In this document: one piece after another, positions 1-10,202 of the stretch
Numbering within the stretch: position 1 is the first letter of the stretch
How the letters are laid out: the number at the start of each line of letters is the position of its first letter
DNA from: an uncultured Trueperaceae bacterium
GTDB lineage: Bacteria > Deinococcota > Deinococci > Deinococcales > Trueperaceae
DNA length: 64,000 bases
Direction of reading: 5' to 3'
Assembly (NCBI GenBank): GCA_963727505.1
Contig: CAVSGP010000009.1
Span: 352,001-416,000, forward strand
Position numbers and translations under genes: made by a program
The notes under the pieces: model-generated
What the model was told of the DNA's origin: nothing
The model's input: only the letters and a program-made list of their open reading frames with translations
Databases searched by the model: none

Positions 1-388
1 TGATCTCCAGCGCCTGCTCCCCCGAATCCGGCTGACTCACCAACAACTGCTCGATATCCACCCCCAACGCCCGCGCATACGACGGATCCAACGCATGCTC
101 CGCATCCACGAACGCCGCCACACCCCCCACCGCCTGCGCCTGCGCCACCACATGCAACGCCAACGTCGTCTTCCCCCCCGCCTCCGGACCATAGATCTCC
201 ACCACCCGACCCCGAGGCACACCCCCCACCCCCAACGCCACATCCACCGACAACGACCCCGTCGAAATCACACCCGCCGCCAACGACCGCACCTGCTCCT
301 CACCCAACCGCATCACCGCGCCCTTCCCAAACTGGCGCTCGATCTGCGAAATGGCGGTGTCCAGGGCTTTCTTACGCTGCTCGTCCAT
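1..388 (-). CDS. recA: Recombinase RecA, 5' part (runs off the window edge; absent from the ORF track)
   Basis: Manual translation from ATG at 388 gives [29 protein letters not shown]...[39 protein letters not shown]...[39 protein letters not shown] in one open frame; directly downstream of cinA. Confidence 0.97.
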   Translation of the reverse strand, partial: MDEQRKKALDTAISQIERQFGKGAVMRLGEEQVRSLAAGVISTGSLSVDVALGVGGVPRGRVVEIYGPEAGGKTTLALHVVAQAQAVGGVAAFVDAEHALDPSYARALGVDIEQLLVSQPDSGEQALEI

Positions 389-444
389 CACAGCTCGCTC
401 CACCTCTCCAGATGGCGTGCGGGCGCGCCTGGGCGCGCCCGCCG

Positions 445-1716
445 CTACCTCAGGGCGGACCGGAGAAGGAAGAGGCTGGTGAAGGCGAGCCGCTCGCGGA
501 GCCATGCCCGCCCGAGAGGCGGGAAGGTCAACGTCTTGACGGTCGTGCCGCTTGGTCCGGCGATGGCGATCACCACGCGCGTTGCCGCGCTTTCGTTCCC
601 ATCCGGTCGCAATGCGCTGTCGGTCCCGTCCTGCAGGTGCAAGGCGGGACCGACAGCGATTCCATAGTCGACATCAAACAGCGCACGGACGCTTGCCGCC
701 AACGCCGCAACCACTTCCGCGGCCGCGGCGGGAAGCCTTGCCAACAGGTCACTGGCTACTCCGAACGTTGCCATGCTATCCGCGTTCCATGCTATCACGG
801 CGCCTGCGAGCGCCTCCTCGACGCCCGAGACGCCGCTCAACACGTCGGAGAGGGCGCCTCCGCTGGCGCACTCGGCCACGGCCAAGCGGGCGCCCGAGCC
901 CCGCAGGCGTTCGATCACGAGGTCGGGGAGCTCGTCGTCGTCGAAGCCCCACACGCTGTCAGCGACGCGGTCGAGGACCGCCTGCTCAGCGGCCGACGCC
1001 TGACGGCGGGCATCTTCGTCGTCGGTGCCCTTCGCTGCCACACGGATGTGGACGCCGTCGCGCTTGGCGTACGTGGCCACGCTGGGGTTGGCGCCGAGGG
1101 TGAGCTCGCCCAGGGCCTCGGCCACGTCGGACTCGCCCGTTCCGTGAGTCTTGATGGTGCGGCGGTACAGGGCGCTGTCCGCGAAGTTCAAGCGCGGCAC
1201 GGCTTGGGTCTCCCACATGCGGCGCATCTCGCGAGGCGGGCCGGGGAGCGTCACCACGGTGCGTTCGTTGTCGTTGCGTCGCAACCTCACCAGCCAGCCG
1301 GGCGCCGTGCCGATGGGATTGGCGAGCGCCTGTGCCGACGGGATGAGCATGGCCTGGCGCAGGTTTCGCTCCGGCATGGGACGCCGCCGGGCGGCGAAGC
1401 GCTGGCGCAGCCAGCGCTCGAGCTCCGGATCGAGTGTCATCGGCTCCCCGACGGCCAGGGCGATCGCGTCGCGCGTGAGGTCGTCGTCGGTGGGTCCCAG
1501 GCCGCCCGTCAGAACGACCAGGTCGCTGCGCTCCAGCGCACGGTCGAGGGCGGCGCGAAGGCGCTCCAGATTGTCGCCCAGGCGTTGCGTCCAGTAGACG
1601 TCGACTCCGTGCAGTGCGAGACTCCTCGCGAGCTCGGCACTGTTGGTGTCGTCGATCTCGCCAAGCAGCAGTTCGGTGCCCACGGCGAGCACTTCGGCGG
1701 TGCGGAGGACGGACAT
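445..1716 (-). CDS. cinA: Competence/damage-inducible protein CinA (COG1058 domain plus a PncC-like C-terminal domain)
   Basis: [47 protein letters not shown] motifs; upstream of recA; start placed at MSVLRTAE. Confidence 0.93.
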   Translation of the reverse strand: MSVLRTAEVLAVGTELLLGEIDDTNSAELARSLALHGVDVYWTQRLGDNLERLRAALDRALERSDLVVLTGGLGPTDDDLTRDAIALAVGEPMTLDPELERWLRQRFAARRRPMPERNLRQAMLIPSAQALANPIGTAPGWLVRLRRNDNERTVVTLPGPPREMRRMWETQAVPRLNFADSALYRRTIKTHGTGESDVAEALGELTLGANPSVATYAKRDGVHIRVAAKGTDDEDARRQASAAEQAVLDRVADSVWGFDDDELPDLVIERLRGSGARLAVAECASGGALSDVLSGVSGVEEALAGAVIAWNADSMATFGVASDLLARLPAAAAEVVAALAASVRALFDVDYGIAVGPALHLQDGTDSALRPDGNESAATRVVIAIAGPSGTTVKTLTFPPLGRAWLRERLAFTSLFLLRSALR

Positions 1717-1747
1717 GGCGGACGATACCAGGGGTCCGCGGAAAGTA

Positions 1748-1766
1748 AGACTGCTGTCAGCATTCT
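1748..1766. promoter_or_regulatory. Imperfect palindrome, candidate repressor operator of cinA-recA
   Basis: AGACTGCTG-T-CAGCATTCT, 8 of 9 arm positions match; lies just upstream of a TATCGT -10-like hexamer (1722-1727, minus strand). Confidence 0.45.
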
Positions 1767-2095
1767 GTTGTAGAATTTCCTTGGTTCCGCTCCCCCAGCG
1801 GGGCCAGTAGAGGGATTCGTCCCTCCACCATCTCCTCTCTTTGACCCTGCGCCCCCCACGCAGGGTCATCCCTTTTCTCGGACGACATCGTATCGGAGGG
1901 CCCAGGCTGCGTCGGGGCTGCAACGGGCCGCGTCCGGTGCGGTGCAGCGCTTCGTGAGGGTGCTTCCGGGCGCACGTAGGCCGTTGCCCGGACCGTCTGG
2001 GCGACCGCTGCCGGGCACACACAGCGATCGGGAGGGCCGGTGCTAGCATGACCCATGAACGCGCTGGGAAGCTCGATGCAGAGCCGGAGGAACGG

Positions 2096-3541
2096 ATGAG
2101 GCCCACCACCCTCGGGGAGCTTCGCGCCACCGCGTGGTCCGCTACGGCGGGCCGCAGCGTCAAGGCGGAGCTTCGTGACAACCTGATGCGGAAGCTGCGC
2201 GATCGCGAGGCGATCTTCCCGGGCATCCGCGGGTACGACGACTCGGTCATCCCGCAGATCGTCAACGCCATCCTCAGCCGTCACAACTTCATCTTGCTCG
2301 GTCTGCGGGGGCAGGCCAAGACGCGCATCCTGCGCCAACTGACGGACCTCCTGGACGACGAGATCCCCGTGATCGAGGATTCTGAGCTGCACGACGATCC
2401 CTTCGCGCCGGTCAGCGTGGAGGGCCGTGAGATCGTCGAGCGTTGCGGCGACGCCACCCCGATCGCATGGTTGCCGCGCGAGACCCGCTACGTCGAGAAG
2501 CTCGCCACGCCTGACGTCACCGTGGCCGACATCGTCGGCGACATCGACCCCATCAAGGCCGCGAAGCTGGGCACGCGGCTCGGCGACGAGAGAAGCGTGC
2601 ATTACGGCTTGCTGCCCCGCGCCAACCGCGGCGTGTTCGCGATGAACGAGTTGCCCGACCTTTCGGGCAAGGTTCAGGTTGCGCTGTTCAACGTCATGCA
2701 GGAGGGGGACGTGCAGATCAAGGGGCACCCGATCCGCCTTCCGCTCGACATCATGCTGGTGTTCAGCGCCAACCCCGAGGACTACACGGCACGTGGCAAG
2801 ATCATCACGCCCCTCAAGGACCGCATCGGTTCCGAGATCCGCACCCACTACCCGCACACGGTCGAGGAGGGCATGGCGATCACCCGTCAGGAGGCGTGGG
2901 TGGAGCGGGGAAGCGAGCTCTGCCTGCCCGGCTTCGTGTCGGAGATGATCGAGGAAGTCGCGTTCCAGGCGCGTGACGACTCCCGCGTCGACAAGCATTC
3001 GGGCGTGTCACAGCGCCTGCCGATCAGCCTCATGGAGGCGGTGGTGAGCAACGCCGAGCGCCGTGCGCTGGAGCTCGGTGAGAGCTCCGCCTACGTGCGC
3101 GCGTCCGACCTGTATGCGGGTCTCTCGGCTGTCACGGGCAAGCTCGAGCTCGAATACGAGGGCGAGCTCAAGGGGGGCGAAGCGGTGGCGCGTGACATCG
3201 TGCGCCGCGCCGTCGGGCAGGTCTTCGCTCGGCGCGCCGGTCACCTCGAGACGAGCGAAGTGGTCGAATACTTCGACACCGACAACACCCTGCGGCTGCC
3301 GGACAACGTCGGCACGGCCGATCTGGTGCAGGTGTTCGAGGCCGTCCCCGGTCTGCTCGACGCGGCACGTGAGCTCACCGAGGGGACGTCCGCGGCGGAG
3401 CTCGCGGTCGCGGCCGAGTTCGTGTTGGAGGGGCTGTACGCGCGCAAGCTGGTCGCCCGGAGCGAGGAGCGTGGGTTCACCGGCGTGCAACCCGATTCCG
3501 CGGAGGTGGCTCAGGGCGGCCCCCGCAGGCGGTGGAACTGA
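2096..3541 (+). CDS. AAA+ ATPase, Mg-chelatase ChlI/MoxR-like family
   Basis: Walker A GLRGQAKT, Walker B-like [25 protein letters not shown] before MRPTTLGEL. Confidence 0.85.
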   Translation: MRPTTLGELRATAWSATAGRSVKAELRDNLMRKLRDREAIFPGIRGYDDSVIPQIVNAILSRHNFILLGLRGQAKTRILRQLTDLLDDEIPVIEDSELHDDPFAPVSVEGREIVERCGDATPIAWLPRETRYVEKLATPDVTVADIVGDIDPIKAAKLGTRLGDERSVHYGLLPRANRGVFAMNELPDLSGKVQVALFNVMQEGDVQIKGHPIRLPLDIMLVFSANPEDYTARGKIITPLKDRIGSEIRTHYPHTVEEGMAITRQEAWVERGSELCLPGFVSEMIEEVAFQARDDSRVDKHSGVSQRLPISLMEAVVSNAERRALELGESSAYVRASDLYAGLSAVTGKLELEYEGELKGGEAVARDIVRRAVGQVFARRAGHLETSEVVEYFDTDNTLRLPDNVGTADLVQVFEAVPGLLDAARELTEGTSAAELAVAAEFVLEGLYARKLVARSEERGFTGVQPDSAEVAQGGPRRRWN

Positions 3542-3590
3542 GGGTCCGTTCCCTCCCGGTGGGAGCACGAACGACGGAGGAGGCGCCCAC

Positions 3591-4835
3591 GTGGCGACGA
3601 CGCGCTATTCGAAGTACGAGCCGACGCTCGACGATCTCGACATGGCGGACCTGATGAAGATGATGCAGGACCGATTGCTCGAGTCGGGCTTCGGCCGCAA
3701 TCCCTGGGATCCCGATCCTGACTACCAGCAGACCATGCAGGACCTCTACGACGCCATCGCCGAGGCGCTGATCAACAACGACCTGGTGTCCGAGGAGACC
3801 CTCGAAAAGGCCATGAACGCCGATGACTGGATGGAGTCCCAGCTCGGTGAGATGGTCAAGGAGCTGGCGCAGCGGTTGGAGCGGGAGGGGTACCTGAAGC
3901 CCGCCGATGGCGGCGATGGCGAGTCCCCGGAAGGCGGGCCGGGGTCGGGCCCCGGCAACGACCCGGGGTCGGCCCGTTTCGAGCTGACCAACAAGGCCGT
4001 CGACTTCCTCGGTTACCGCACCCTCCGCGACGTCCTGGGTGGCGCCGGCCAGTCGAGCGTGGGGGCGCACGAAACGCACTTCCAGACGACCGGCGTAGAG
4101 ACGAGCGGCGAGTCGAAGCCCTACGAGTACGGCGACACCCTCAACCTCGACGTGGCGGAGACGTTCAAGAACGCGGCGCGGCGCGGCTTCGAGGGCGGCC
4201 GGTTCGATCTCGAGTACGAGGATCTGCAGGTGGTCCAGGCCGAGTACTCGTCTTCGGCCGCGACGGTGGTGATGCTCGACTGCTCGCACTCCATGATCCT
4301 CTACGGCGAGGATCGCTTCACCCCCGCGAAGCAGGTGGCGCTGGCGCTCGCCCACCTGATCCGCACGCAGTATCGGGGCGACACCATCCGCTTCGTGCTG
4401 TTCCACAACTCCGCGGAAGAGATCCCGTTGGGGAAGCTCGCCTCCGCGCAAGTGGGCCCCTACCACACGAACACGGCCGAGGGCCTGCGCCTGGCCCGAA
4501 AGATCCTGCGGCACCAGAACAAGGACATGAAGCAGATCGTGATGATCACCGACGGCAAGCCGTCGGCCATCACGCTGCCCGGCGGCCGCGTGTACAAGAA
4601 CGCCTACGGACTGGACCCGATGGTGCTGGGTGAGACGCTGCGCGAAGTCGGCAACTGCCGTCGTCAGGGCATCCAGGTCAACACCTTCATGCTGGCGCGC
4701 GATCCCGAGCTGATCGCGTTCGTGCAGCGGGTATCGGCGATGACCCGCGGCAAGGCCTACTTCACGACGCCTCACACCATCGGCCGCTACGTCTTGCAGG
4801 ACTTCCAGAAGCGTCGCATCAAGACCGTCAACTGA
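3591..4835 (+). CDS. von Willebrand factor A (VWA) domain protein, probable partner of the upstream ATPase
   Basis: MIDAS motif [23 protein letters not shown] start after GGAGGAGG. Confidence 0.85.
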   Translation: MATTRYSKYEPTLDDLDMADLMKMMQDRLLESGFGRNPWDPDPDYQQTMQDLYDAIAEALINNDLVSEETLEKAMNADDWMESQLGEMVKELAQRLEREGYLKPADGGDGESPEGGPGSGPGNDPGSARFELTNKAVDFLGYRTLRDVLGGAGQSSVGAHETHFQTTGVETSGESKPYEYGDTLNLDVAETFKNAARRGFEGGRFDLEYEDLQVVQAEYSSSAATVVMLDCSHSMILYGEDRFTPAKQVALALAHLIRTQYRGDTIRFVLFHNSAEEIPLGKLASAQVGPYHTNTAEGLRLARKILRHQNKDMKQIVMITDGKPSAITLPGGRVYKNAYGLDPMVLGETLREVGNCRRQGIQVNTFMLARDPELIAFVQRVSAMTRGKAYFTTPHTIGRYVLQDFQKRRIKTVN

Positions 4836-4960
4836 GCGTCCTCCCATCCGCAAGTCATGCCGGTGGGCCATGATGGCGGCACCGGCGACCCGACAGGTGC
4901 GCCGCGCGGGTCTCCGACGCGGCGCCTCGTCCGCTTCGGGCCGCCGCCAGGAGGTTGATG

Positions 4961-5692
4961 ATGGCATCCATCCGTTCGAGACTGCGCGGTAGGGCACGTT
5001 TCGGCCTGGCGCTCGCTTTCGCGGCCCTGATCGCGGTGGCGGGCGTCACGACCGCGTCGGCACAGGCGGGGCCGGCGTCCGGGCTCCTGGTCCACGGCAG
5101 CGGTACCGTCTACGGCGAGCCGGACATCGCCGTGTTGACGCTCGGCGTGGACGTCGCCGAACCGGACGTGAAGGGCGCGCTGGCGAGCGCCGATCATGTC
5201 ATGCAAGCGGTGCGGCAGGTCTTCGTCGCCGCCGGCGTGCGCCGCGAGGACATCCGCACAGCGGCGTTCAACGTGTGGCGCGAGGACATCCGCGATCGCA
5301 ACGGAGCTGTGACCGGCGAGCGCTACCACGTGGTGCACAGCTATCAGGTCACGGTGCGCGACCTCAGCCAGCTTGGCGACGTGCTGGGGGCGGCCGTCGA
5401 TGCGGGCGCCAACAACGTCCAGGGGATCCAGTTCCGCATCCAGGATCCGGCCGCACTCCGCGCCCGGGCGCGCGCCGCGGCCATGCATGATGCCAGCAAG
5501 CAGGCCGAGCAGCTCGCCTCGCTCGCGGGTGTGACGCTGGGCAAGCCCGTCAGCATCGAGGAGACCTCGACTCCCGTGATGTCCTCGGCGCCCACCCTGG
5601 CGGCGGCGCGCGTGGGCGGCGGGGGCGCCCCCGTCGCGAGCGGGCAGCTGGCGGTCGAGGCCCACGTCACCGTCCGGTACGCCATCCAGTAG
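4961..5692 (+). CDS. SIMPL/DUF541 (YggE-like) exported protein
   Basis: Signal peptide; VHGSGTVYGEPDIAVLTLGV, AVDAGANNVQGIQF, AEQLASLAGVTLG. Confidence 0.88.
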   Translation: MASIRSRLRGRARFGLALAFAALIAVAGVTTASAQAGPASGLLVHGSGTVYGEPDIAVLTLGVDVAEPDVKGALASADHVMQAVRQVFVAAGVRREDIRTAAFNVWREDIRDRNGAVTGERYHVVHSYQVTVRDLSQLGDVLGAAVDAGANNVQGIQFRIQDPAALRARARAAAMHDASKQAEQLASLAGVTLGKPVSIEETSTPVMSSAPTLAAARVGGGGAPVASGQLAVEAHVTVRYAIQ

Positions 5693-5710
5693 TCTGCTCG
5701 CCCACGAGGT

Positions 5711-5739
5711 ACCGCCCCGGCCTTCGTGGCCGGGGCGGT
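5711..5739. terminator. GC hairpin between convergent genes
   Basis: ACCGCCCCGGCC-TTCGT-GGCCGGGGCGGT, 12-bp stem. Confidence 0.7.
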
Positions 5740-5780
5740 GCGTGTGCGGGGTTCGCGGAGCGGTTCGCGGGGGTGCGGGC

Positions 5781-6491
5781 TCAGAGCACCTGCATGACGT
5801 AGTGGTCGGTGGCGCGCTCCAGCCCGTCGAGGTTGGCGACGTACACGCCGCGGGTGCCCTCCAGGGCGCCCTCGGCCCGCAGCTCGCCGAGGATGCGGGT
5901 GATGGTCACGCGGCTGGAGCCGGTGAGGTCCGCCAGGTCCTCGTGCGTCAGCGCCAGCGGCAGCTTCACGCCGCCGTCGATGCCGCCGCCTTCGAGATGC
6001 TCGCCGACACGGTCGCTGGGCTGCCCGAACTGCCGCGCCAGCCGCAGGAACGCGCGGGTGACGCGCGCACCGACCGGCATCTCGGCCTCGTCGAGCATCT
6101 CGCGGGAACGTCGGAGCTGCCGCGCCAGGCTCCGCAGCACGTAATCGCGCAGGCTGCGATCGTTCATCGCCTGCTGCGGGTCGATGGGGGTGAGGCAAGC
6201 GTCGTGCACCGCGGTCACCGTCTCGGCGTGCAGGCCGCCGTCCAACGCGCTCAAGCCGAGCACGTCCCCGGCGCCGTACAGATCGGCGATGCGATCGCGC
6301 CCCAGGCTGGTGGGCACCACCGCCTTCAGCACCCCGAAGTTCACCACGTACAGGCTGCTCGCCTCCCGATTCGCCTCGAACAACACCTGACCCGGCTCCA
6401 ACGTACGAGTCGGCAGGGCCAGCGTCTCGGGAACGGGTGCGGCCGGTTCACAGGCGGATGGGTGGAGGGTCTGGGCTTTGAGGGTCGACAT
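5781..6491 (-). CDS. Crp/Fnr family transcriptional regulator
   Basis: cNMP-binding-like region (LYVVNFGVLK...GDVLG) and Crp HTH LTHEDLADLTGSSRVTITRILGELRAEG; SD GGAGG. Confidence 0.9.
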   Translation of the reverse strand: MSTLKAQTLHPSACEPAAPVPETLALPTRTLEPGQVLFEANREASSLYVVNFGVLKAVVPTSLGRDRIADLYGAGDVLGLSALDGGLHAETVTAVHDACLTPIDPQQAMNDRSLRDYVLRSLARQLRRSREMLDEAEMPVGARVTRAFLRLARQFGQPSDRVGEHLEGGGIDGGVKLPLALTHEDLADLTGSSRVTITRILGELRAEGALEGTRGVYVANLDGLERATDHYVMQVL

Positions 6492-6564
6492 GATGCCTCC
6501 CTTCGCCGGCTGCCGCGTCCCTCGTGTGCCGAGGGGGCTGGCCGGCTGGAACCGTAGGGTCGCG

Positions 6565-7323
6565 CTACGGGAAACTGCGCGACAAGCGGTCGAGCGCGTC
6601 GATCGCCGGCGCATAGTTGGGGTCGGCGGTTCGCGCAGACCGGTAGTTGGTCTCGGCTTGACCGACGTTTCCGAGCTTCTCGTAGATCTGGCCGAGACGG
6701 TAGAACGCTTCGACGTAGGCGGGCGACCCGGGGCGCGCGCCGCCGGGGTCGGTCGCCTCGAACACATCGATGGCGTCGTTCAGCTTCTGGATCGCATCCT
6801 GGTAGCGTCCCAGGTAGATGAGGATCCTGCCCTGGTCGAGCAGCGGCCACATCGTCGTCTTGCCGGCGTCGGTGCCGGCCGCCGCCTGGAAGGCCTGCAA
6901 CGCCTCGTCGAACGAGCCCGTTTGCCAGGCGGCGCGCCCCCAGTCCATGGCGTACGCGTAGTCGTGCGTACGATTGAACGCTGTCCGCAGGGGCGTCAGG
7001 GCTGCCGCCGGGTCGCCTTCAGCCGCCTTCAACAGCCCGCTCAAGTGCAGGTACCGGGGGTCGGTTTCTCCCCGGACGAGCTTGGTGGCCGCATCGAGCT
7101 GCGCTTGTGCGCCGGACACGTTCCCGGTCAGGTAGAGCGCCTCCGCGTAGAGGTAGTAGGCGTTCGGTTGATCCGGGTAGGTCTTGACGAGCTCCGGCCC
7201 GTTGAGCTGGGCCGCGGAGTTGTAGTACCCACGGTCGAGCAGATCCTGCATCTGGTTGAACGCGCTTTGCGCGAAGGCCAGCGGCATGAGTAGCACGACG
7301 AGTATGGGTGCGAACCGAAGCAC
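6565..7323 (-). CDS. Exported tetratricopeptide-repeat protein
   Basis: Signal peptide (AFA-Q); several TPR-like units, e.g. AFYRLGQIYEKLGNVGQAETNYRSARTADP. Confidence 0.8.
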   Translation of the reverse strand: MLRFAPILVVLLMPLAFAQSAFNQMQDLLDRGYYNSAAQLNGPELVKTYPDQPNAYYLYAEALYLTGNVSGAQAQLDAATKLVRGETDPRYLHLSGLLKAAEGDPAAALTPLRTAFNRTHDYAYAMDWGRAAWQTGSFDEALQAFQAAAGTDAGKTTMWPLLDQGRILIYLGRYQDAIQKLNDAIDVFEATDPGGARPGSPAYVEAFYRLGQIYEKLGNVGQAETNYRSARTADPNYAPAIDALDRLSRSFP

Positions 7324-7356
7324 GCACCTACGATAGCGCGAGCGAATGAGGAATGC

Positions 7357-8370
7357 TTAACTGCGAATGTGGAGCGCCAGCCAGTCCAGGCCTGCGTCGG
7401 CGCGCCGCACCAGCGCACCCACGGCGTCCGCGTCCGGCCGTCGCGCCTCCCGGGCCAGGTCGGCGAGCCGGCGTGGCTCCACCGGGCGGGTGAAGGCAGG
7501 GGCGCGCGCGTCGTCGAGGAATCCCGCGACCTTGGGATCGTAGACGAGGCCTGCGAAGCCGACGCCCGCACGCGCCGCCAGGATGAGGCCGTGCAGACGA
7601 GCCGACAGCACGTAGCGTGCAGCACCGATGTGCTGCAGCGCCTGCTCGGGTGTGGCGGCCTCCAGCCGCAACGCCTGCGTGGCGATTGCGATGCGCTCGC
7701 ACGCCGGCGCGTCCTCGCGTTCGTGGAGAGCCAGCGTCGCGACCTCCAGGCCGGCCTCGCGCAGGAGCCGGCCGGCCGCTGACAGTGCGTCGTTGAGGTC
7801 GTCGTGGCCGGCGCGGGGCACCAGCACCACGGGCCCGTCCGGGTCGGAGCGGGTCGGAGCAGGGAGGAGCAGGGCCGGGTCCGCGACGCGCTCGGCGCGC
7901 AGCCCGAGATCGCCGAGCAGGAGGACGGATGGAGCGTCGCGCACCGCCAGCGGCAGGCCTTCCAGAGCACGGCCGACGCGCCAACGCCCGGCCTCGCTGA
8001 GGGGGCCCACCGACTGTCCGTAGATCGCGACACGTTTGCCGAGCCGCCGCGCCAGGCCGATCACCGTCAGGTAGTAGCTCAAGCTCCGTCGACTGCTGCC
8101 GTCCTGGAGCAGGCCTCCGCCCCCCGAGACGAGGGCGTCACAGCGCGCCAGCGCCGGCAGCAGGCCGCGATAGCGGTGCGCGGCCGCGATCCCGTGCAGT
8201 GCGCGCGTGGCCGCCGGGTCGCCGGAGAGCGCGACGGGCTCGATGTCCCGTGCCTTCAGGCCGCGCACGAGTCCTGCCAGCAGCGCCTCGTCGCCGAGGT
8301 TGCCATAGCCGTAGTAGCCGCTCAGGAGGACGCGCACCGTGCGCAGACGCCGCTCAGGCCTCGCGGCCAT
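7357..8370 (-). CDS. csaB: Polysaccharide pyruvyl transferase CsaB
   Basis: LSGYYGYGNLGDEA, SGGGGLLQD, YGQSVGP, VRD, RLHGLILA, YDPKV. Confidence 0.92.
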   Translation of the reverse strand: MAARPERRLRTVRVLLSGYYGYGNLGDEALLAGLVRGLKARDIEPVALSGDPAATRALHGIAAAHRYRGLLPALARCDALVSGGGGLLQDGSSRRSLSYYLTVIGLARRLGKRVAIYGQSVGPLSEAGRWRVGRALEGLPLAVRDAPSVLLLGDLGLRAERVADPALLLPAPTRSDPDGPVVLVPRAGHDDLNDALSAAGRLLREAGLEVATLALHEREDAPACERIAIATQALRLEAATPEQALQHIGAARYVLSARLHGLILAARAGVGFAGLVYDPKVAGFLDDARAPAFTRPVEPRRLADLAREARRPDADAVGALVRRADAGLDWLALHIRS

Positions 8371-10198
8371 CGCCGGGGCTCGCCAACCAGGCGCGCCCGA
8401 GGGCCACCACGCCCCGCAGGAGCGGTACCAGCGCGAAGCCCAGGACGAGCCCGATGGCGAGCGCGATGCCGGTGCGCTCCGCGGAGACGAGCAGCGGAGT
8501 GTGGTAGTGGCTGAACGTGTTGAGCACGCTCGCCTGGGCCAGCACGCCTCCGGTCAGCAGCAGGCCGCGGAACCACGACGGCCACCGCGGGTTGGCCAGC
8601 GCCAGCAGCGCGAGCGGATGGCCGATGAGCTCCTTGAAGCGCGGGCGGACGAAGAGATCGGACAGCCACTGGCGGAGCGCCAGCTCGGCGTGGCTGGCCC
8701 CGATGATGGGGGTGTTGCCGCGGCGCATGAAGGCGATGGCGAGCGCGGCGACGGCGAGCAGGGCCAGCGCCACGTGGCCGACGCGTACCTCGGCACGCCA
8801 GAAGTCGCGGATCCACGCGGCCGGGCGCCGGAAGCGCAGTGCGTAGTGGAACAGGAACAGGGCAGGGGGGACGATGAGCGTCGCGCCGACGCCTGCGAAG
8901 GGACGGATGGCGAGCATGGTGTCGCGCTCGCTTCCCACCGCGGCCAGCAGCGCCGCCCCTGCCAGGCTGACGAGCGTGGCGAGCACCACGCTCCACGGGT
9001 TCTTGCGGAGGTGCCCGTAGCCGAGCACCGGGAAGGTGAGTGCCGCCATGAGCGCGAGCGCGTCCCAGCGCGGGCCGCCGGCCGCAAGACCGAGGGCGGC
9101 CACCAGGGCGGCCACGAGCAGCCCCCAGACGCCGGGGAACAGGCCGACCAGGAGCAGTACCCCGGCCGCGATCCCGACGCCGGCGAGCGCACGAAGGACG
9201 GAGCTGGTGTGATAGTGGAACGTCTGCGTCTGCAGCGGTCCGACCTGGTAGCCGGCGCTCTTCAGGGCCGAGGTGAGGCCGCTCACCATGCGGTCGGTGT
9301 TCGTCAGCAGGTCGCCCTGGTCGGTCGTCGTGTAGGGGCGCAGGTAGAGCAGCCGGATGTTGCGCTCGCTCACGGCGAGCATGTACTTGTCGACCAGATC
9401 CCGTGGGCTCAGCCGGCGATCGATGTAGTCCTGGTTGAACGACAGCAGCCGTACCGTCGGCACTTTGTTGAGCAGGCTGCCCAGGCCGTCCTGCGGCGTG
9501 CCCTCGATCAGGGCGGTGAGATAGGGCTGGGACGCCGCCACCACGGGCGCGAGATTCCCCGGGTAGCCGGCCACCTGCGTGCCGGCGTAGACGAGGTAGT
9601 GCGCACTCTTCGGGAAGTCGGCGCCGGGGCTCAGCAGGCGGTAGGGCGCGTTGCGCGGGCGGTAGGCGATGTCGAAGCCGGCGGCGGACCAGGCCTGCAG
9701 CTCAGCGCGGTCCGGCCCGGCGGGAAGGCTGTTGCGCACGTCGCCCGGGTAGACGTACCAGGTCCGACCGTTCCAGTCGAGCGACCGGGGTTTCGGAACG
9801 TTCTTGGCCACCAGCGCGTCGAGGGCGCCCGGTTGCAGGGGCGCCACCATGGTGGCGTCGCCCGGCACGTCGGGAGGCGTCTCGTCCCGTGCCAGGGCCT
9901 GCGCCCGCGCCTCGCTCCCCAGCAGGGCGACCGCCTTGCCCTTGGCGGCCAGGCTGTCGATGGTGTCCTCGTAGATGGCGATGCCGGTGAGGCCCAGCTT
10001 GCGGTAGTGCTGAGCCAGCTCCAGCGGCGACCTGCCCAGCAGATGGGCCTGGTCGGCGAGCGCCTGCTCGTCCATCACCAGGGCGACGTGCTCGCTCACC
10101 CCCTCGGCCTGGATGCGGCGGGTGACAAGGATCCCGGCCGGGATCAGGCTGAGGGCGACGATGATCCACAGCAGGCGGCGCAGGCGGGGATCGAGCAC
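8354..10198 (-). CDS. DUF5693-family membrane protein, csaB-associated
   Basis: ERNIRLLYLRP, multi-TM C-terminus, VRPRFKELIGHP, LNTFSHYHTPL. Confidence 0.8.
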   Translation of the reverse strand: MLDPRLRRLLWIIVALSLIPAGILVTRRIQAEGVSEHVALVMDEQALADQAHLLGRSPLELAQHYRKLGLTGIAIYEDTIDSLAAKGKAVALLGSEARAQALARDETPPDVPGDATMVAPLQPGALDALVAKNVPKPRSLDWNGRTWYVYPGDVRNSLPAGPDRAELQAWSAAGFDIAYRPRNAPYRLLSPGADFPKSAHYLVYAGTQVAGYPGNLAPVVAASQPYLTALIEGTPQDGLGSLLNKVPTVRLLSFNQDYIDRRLSPRDLVDKYMLAVSERNIRLLYLRPYTTTDQGDLLTNTDRMVSGLTSALKSAGYQVGPLQTQTFHYHTSSVLRALAGVGIAAGVLLLVGLFPGVWGLLVAALVAALGLAAGGPRWDALALMAALTFPVLGYGHLRKNPWSVVLATLVSLAGAALLAAVGSERDTMLAIRPFAGVGATLIVPPALFLFHYALRFRRPAAWIRDFWRAEVRVGHVALALLAVAALAIAFMRRGNTPIIGASHAELALRQWLSDLFVRPRFKELIGHPLALLALANPRWPSWFRGLLLTGGVLAQASVLNTFSHYHTPLLVSAERTGIALAIGLVLGFALVPLLRGVVALGRAWLASPGDGREA

Positions 10199-10202
10199 GA
10201 GG

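Noticed and set aside
261..300. Apparent frameshift in recA near RSLAAGVIS
   Set aside because: Careful re-reading shows one continuous frame from 388 to the window edge. The gene is missing from the ORF track only because its stop lies outside the window.
95..667. His/Arg/Pro-rich 190-aa ORF (and similar ORFs at 34653-35603 and 45552-46748)
   Set aside because: These are low-complexity shadow frames produced by the strand skew of recA, sqdB and tuf, with no protein-like motifs.
5781..6491. Calling the Crp-family gene ddrI
   Set aside because: Only family-level similarity is evident; orthology cannot be supported without a phylogeny.
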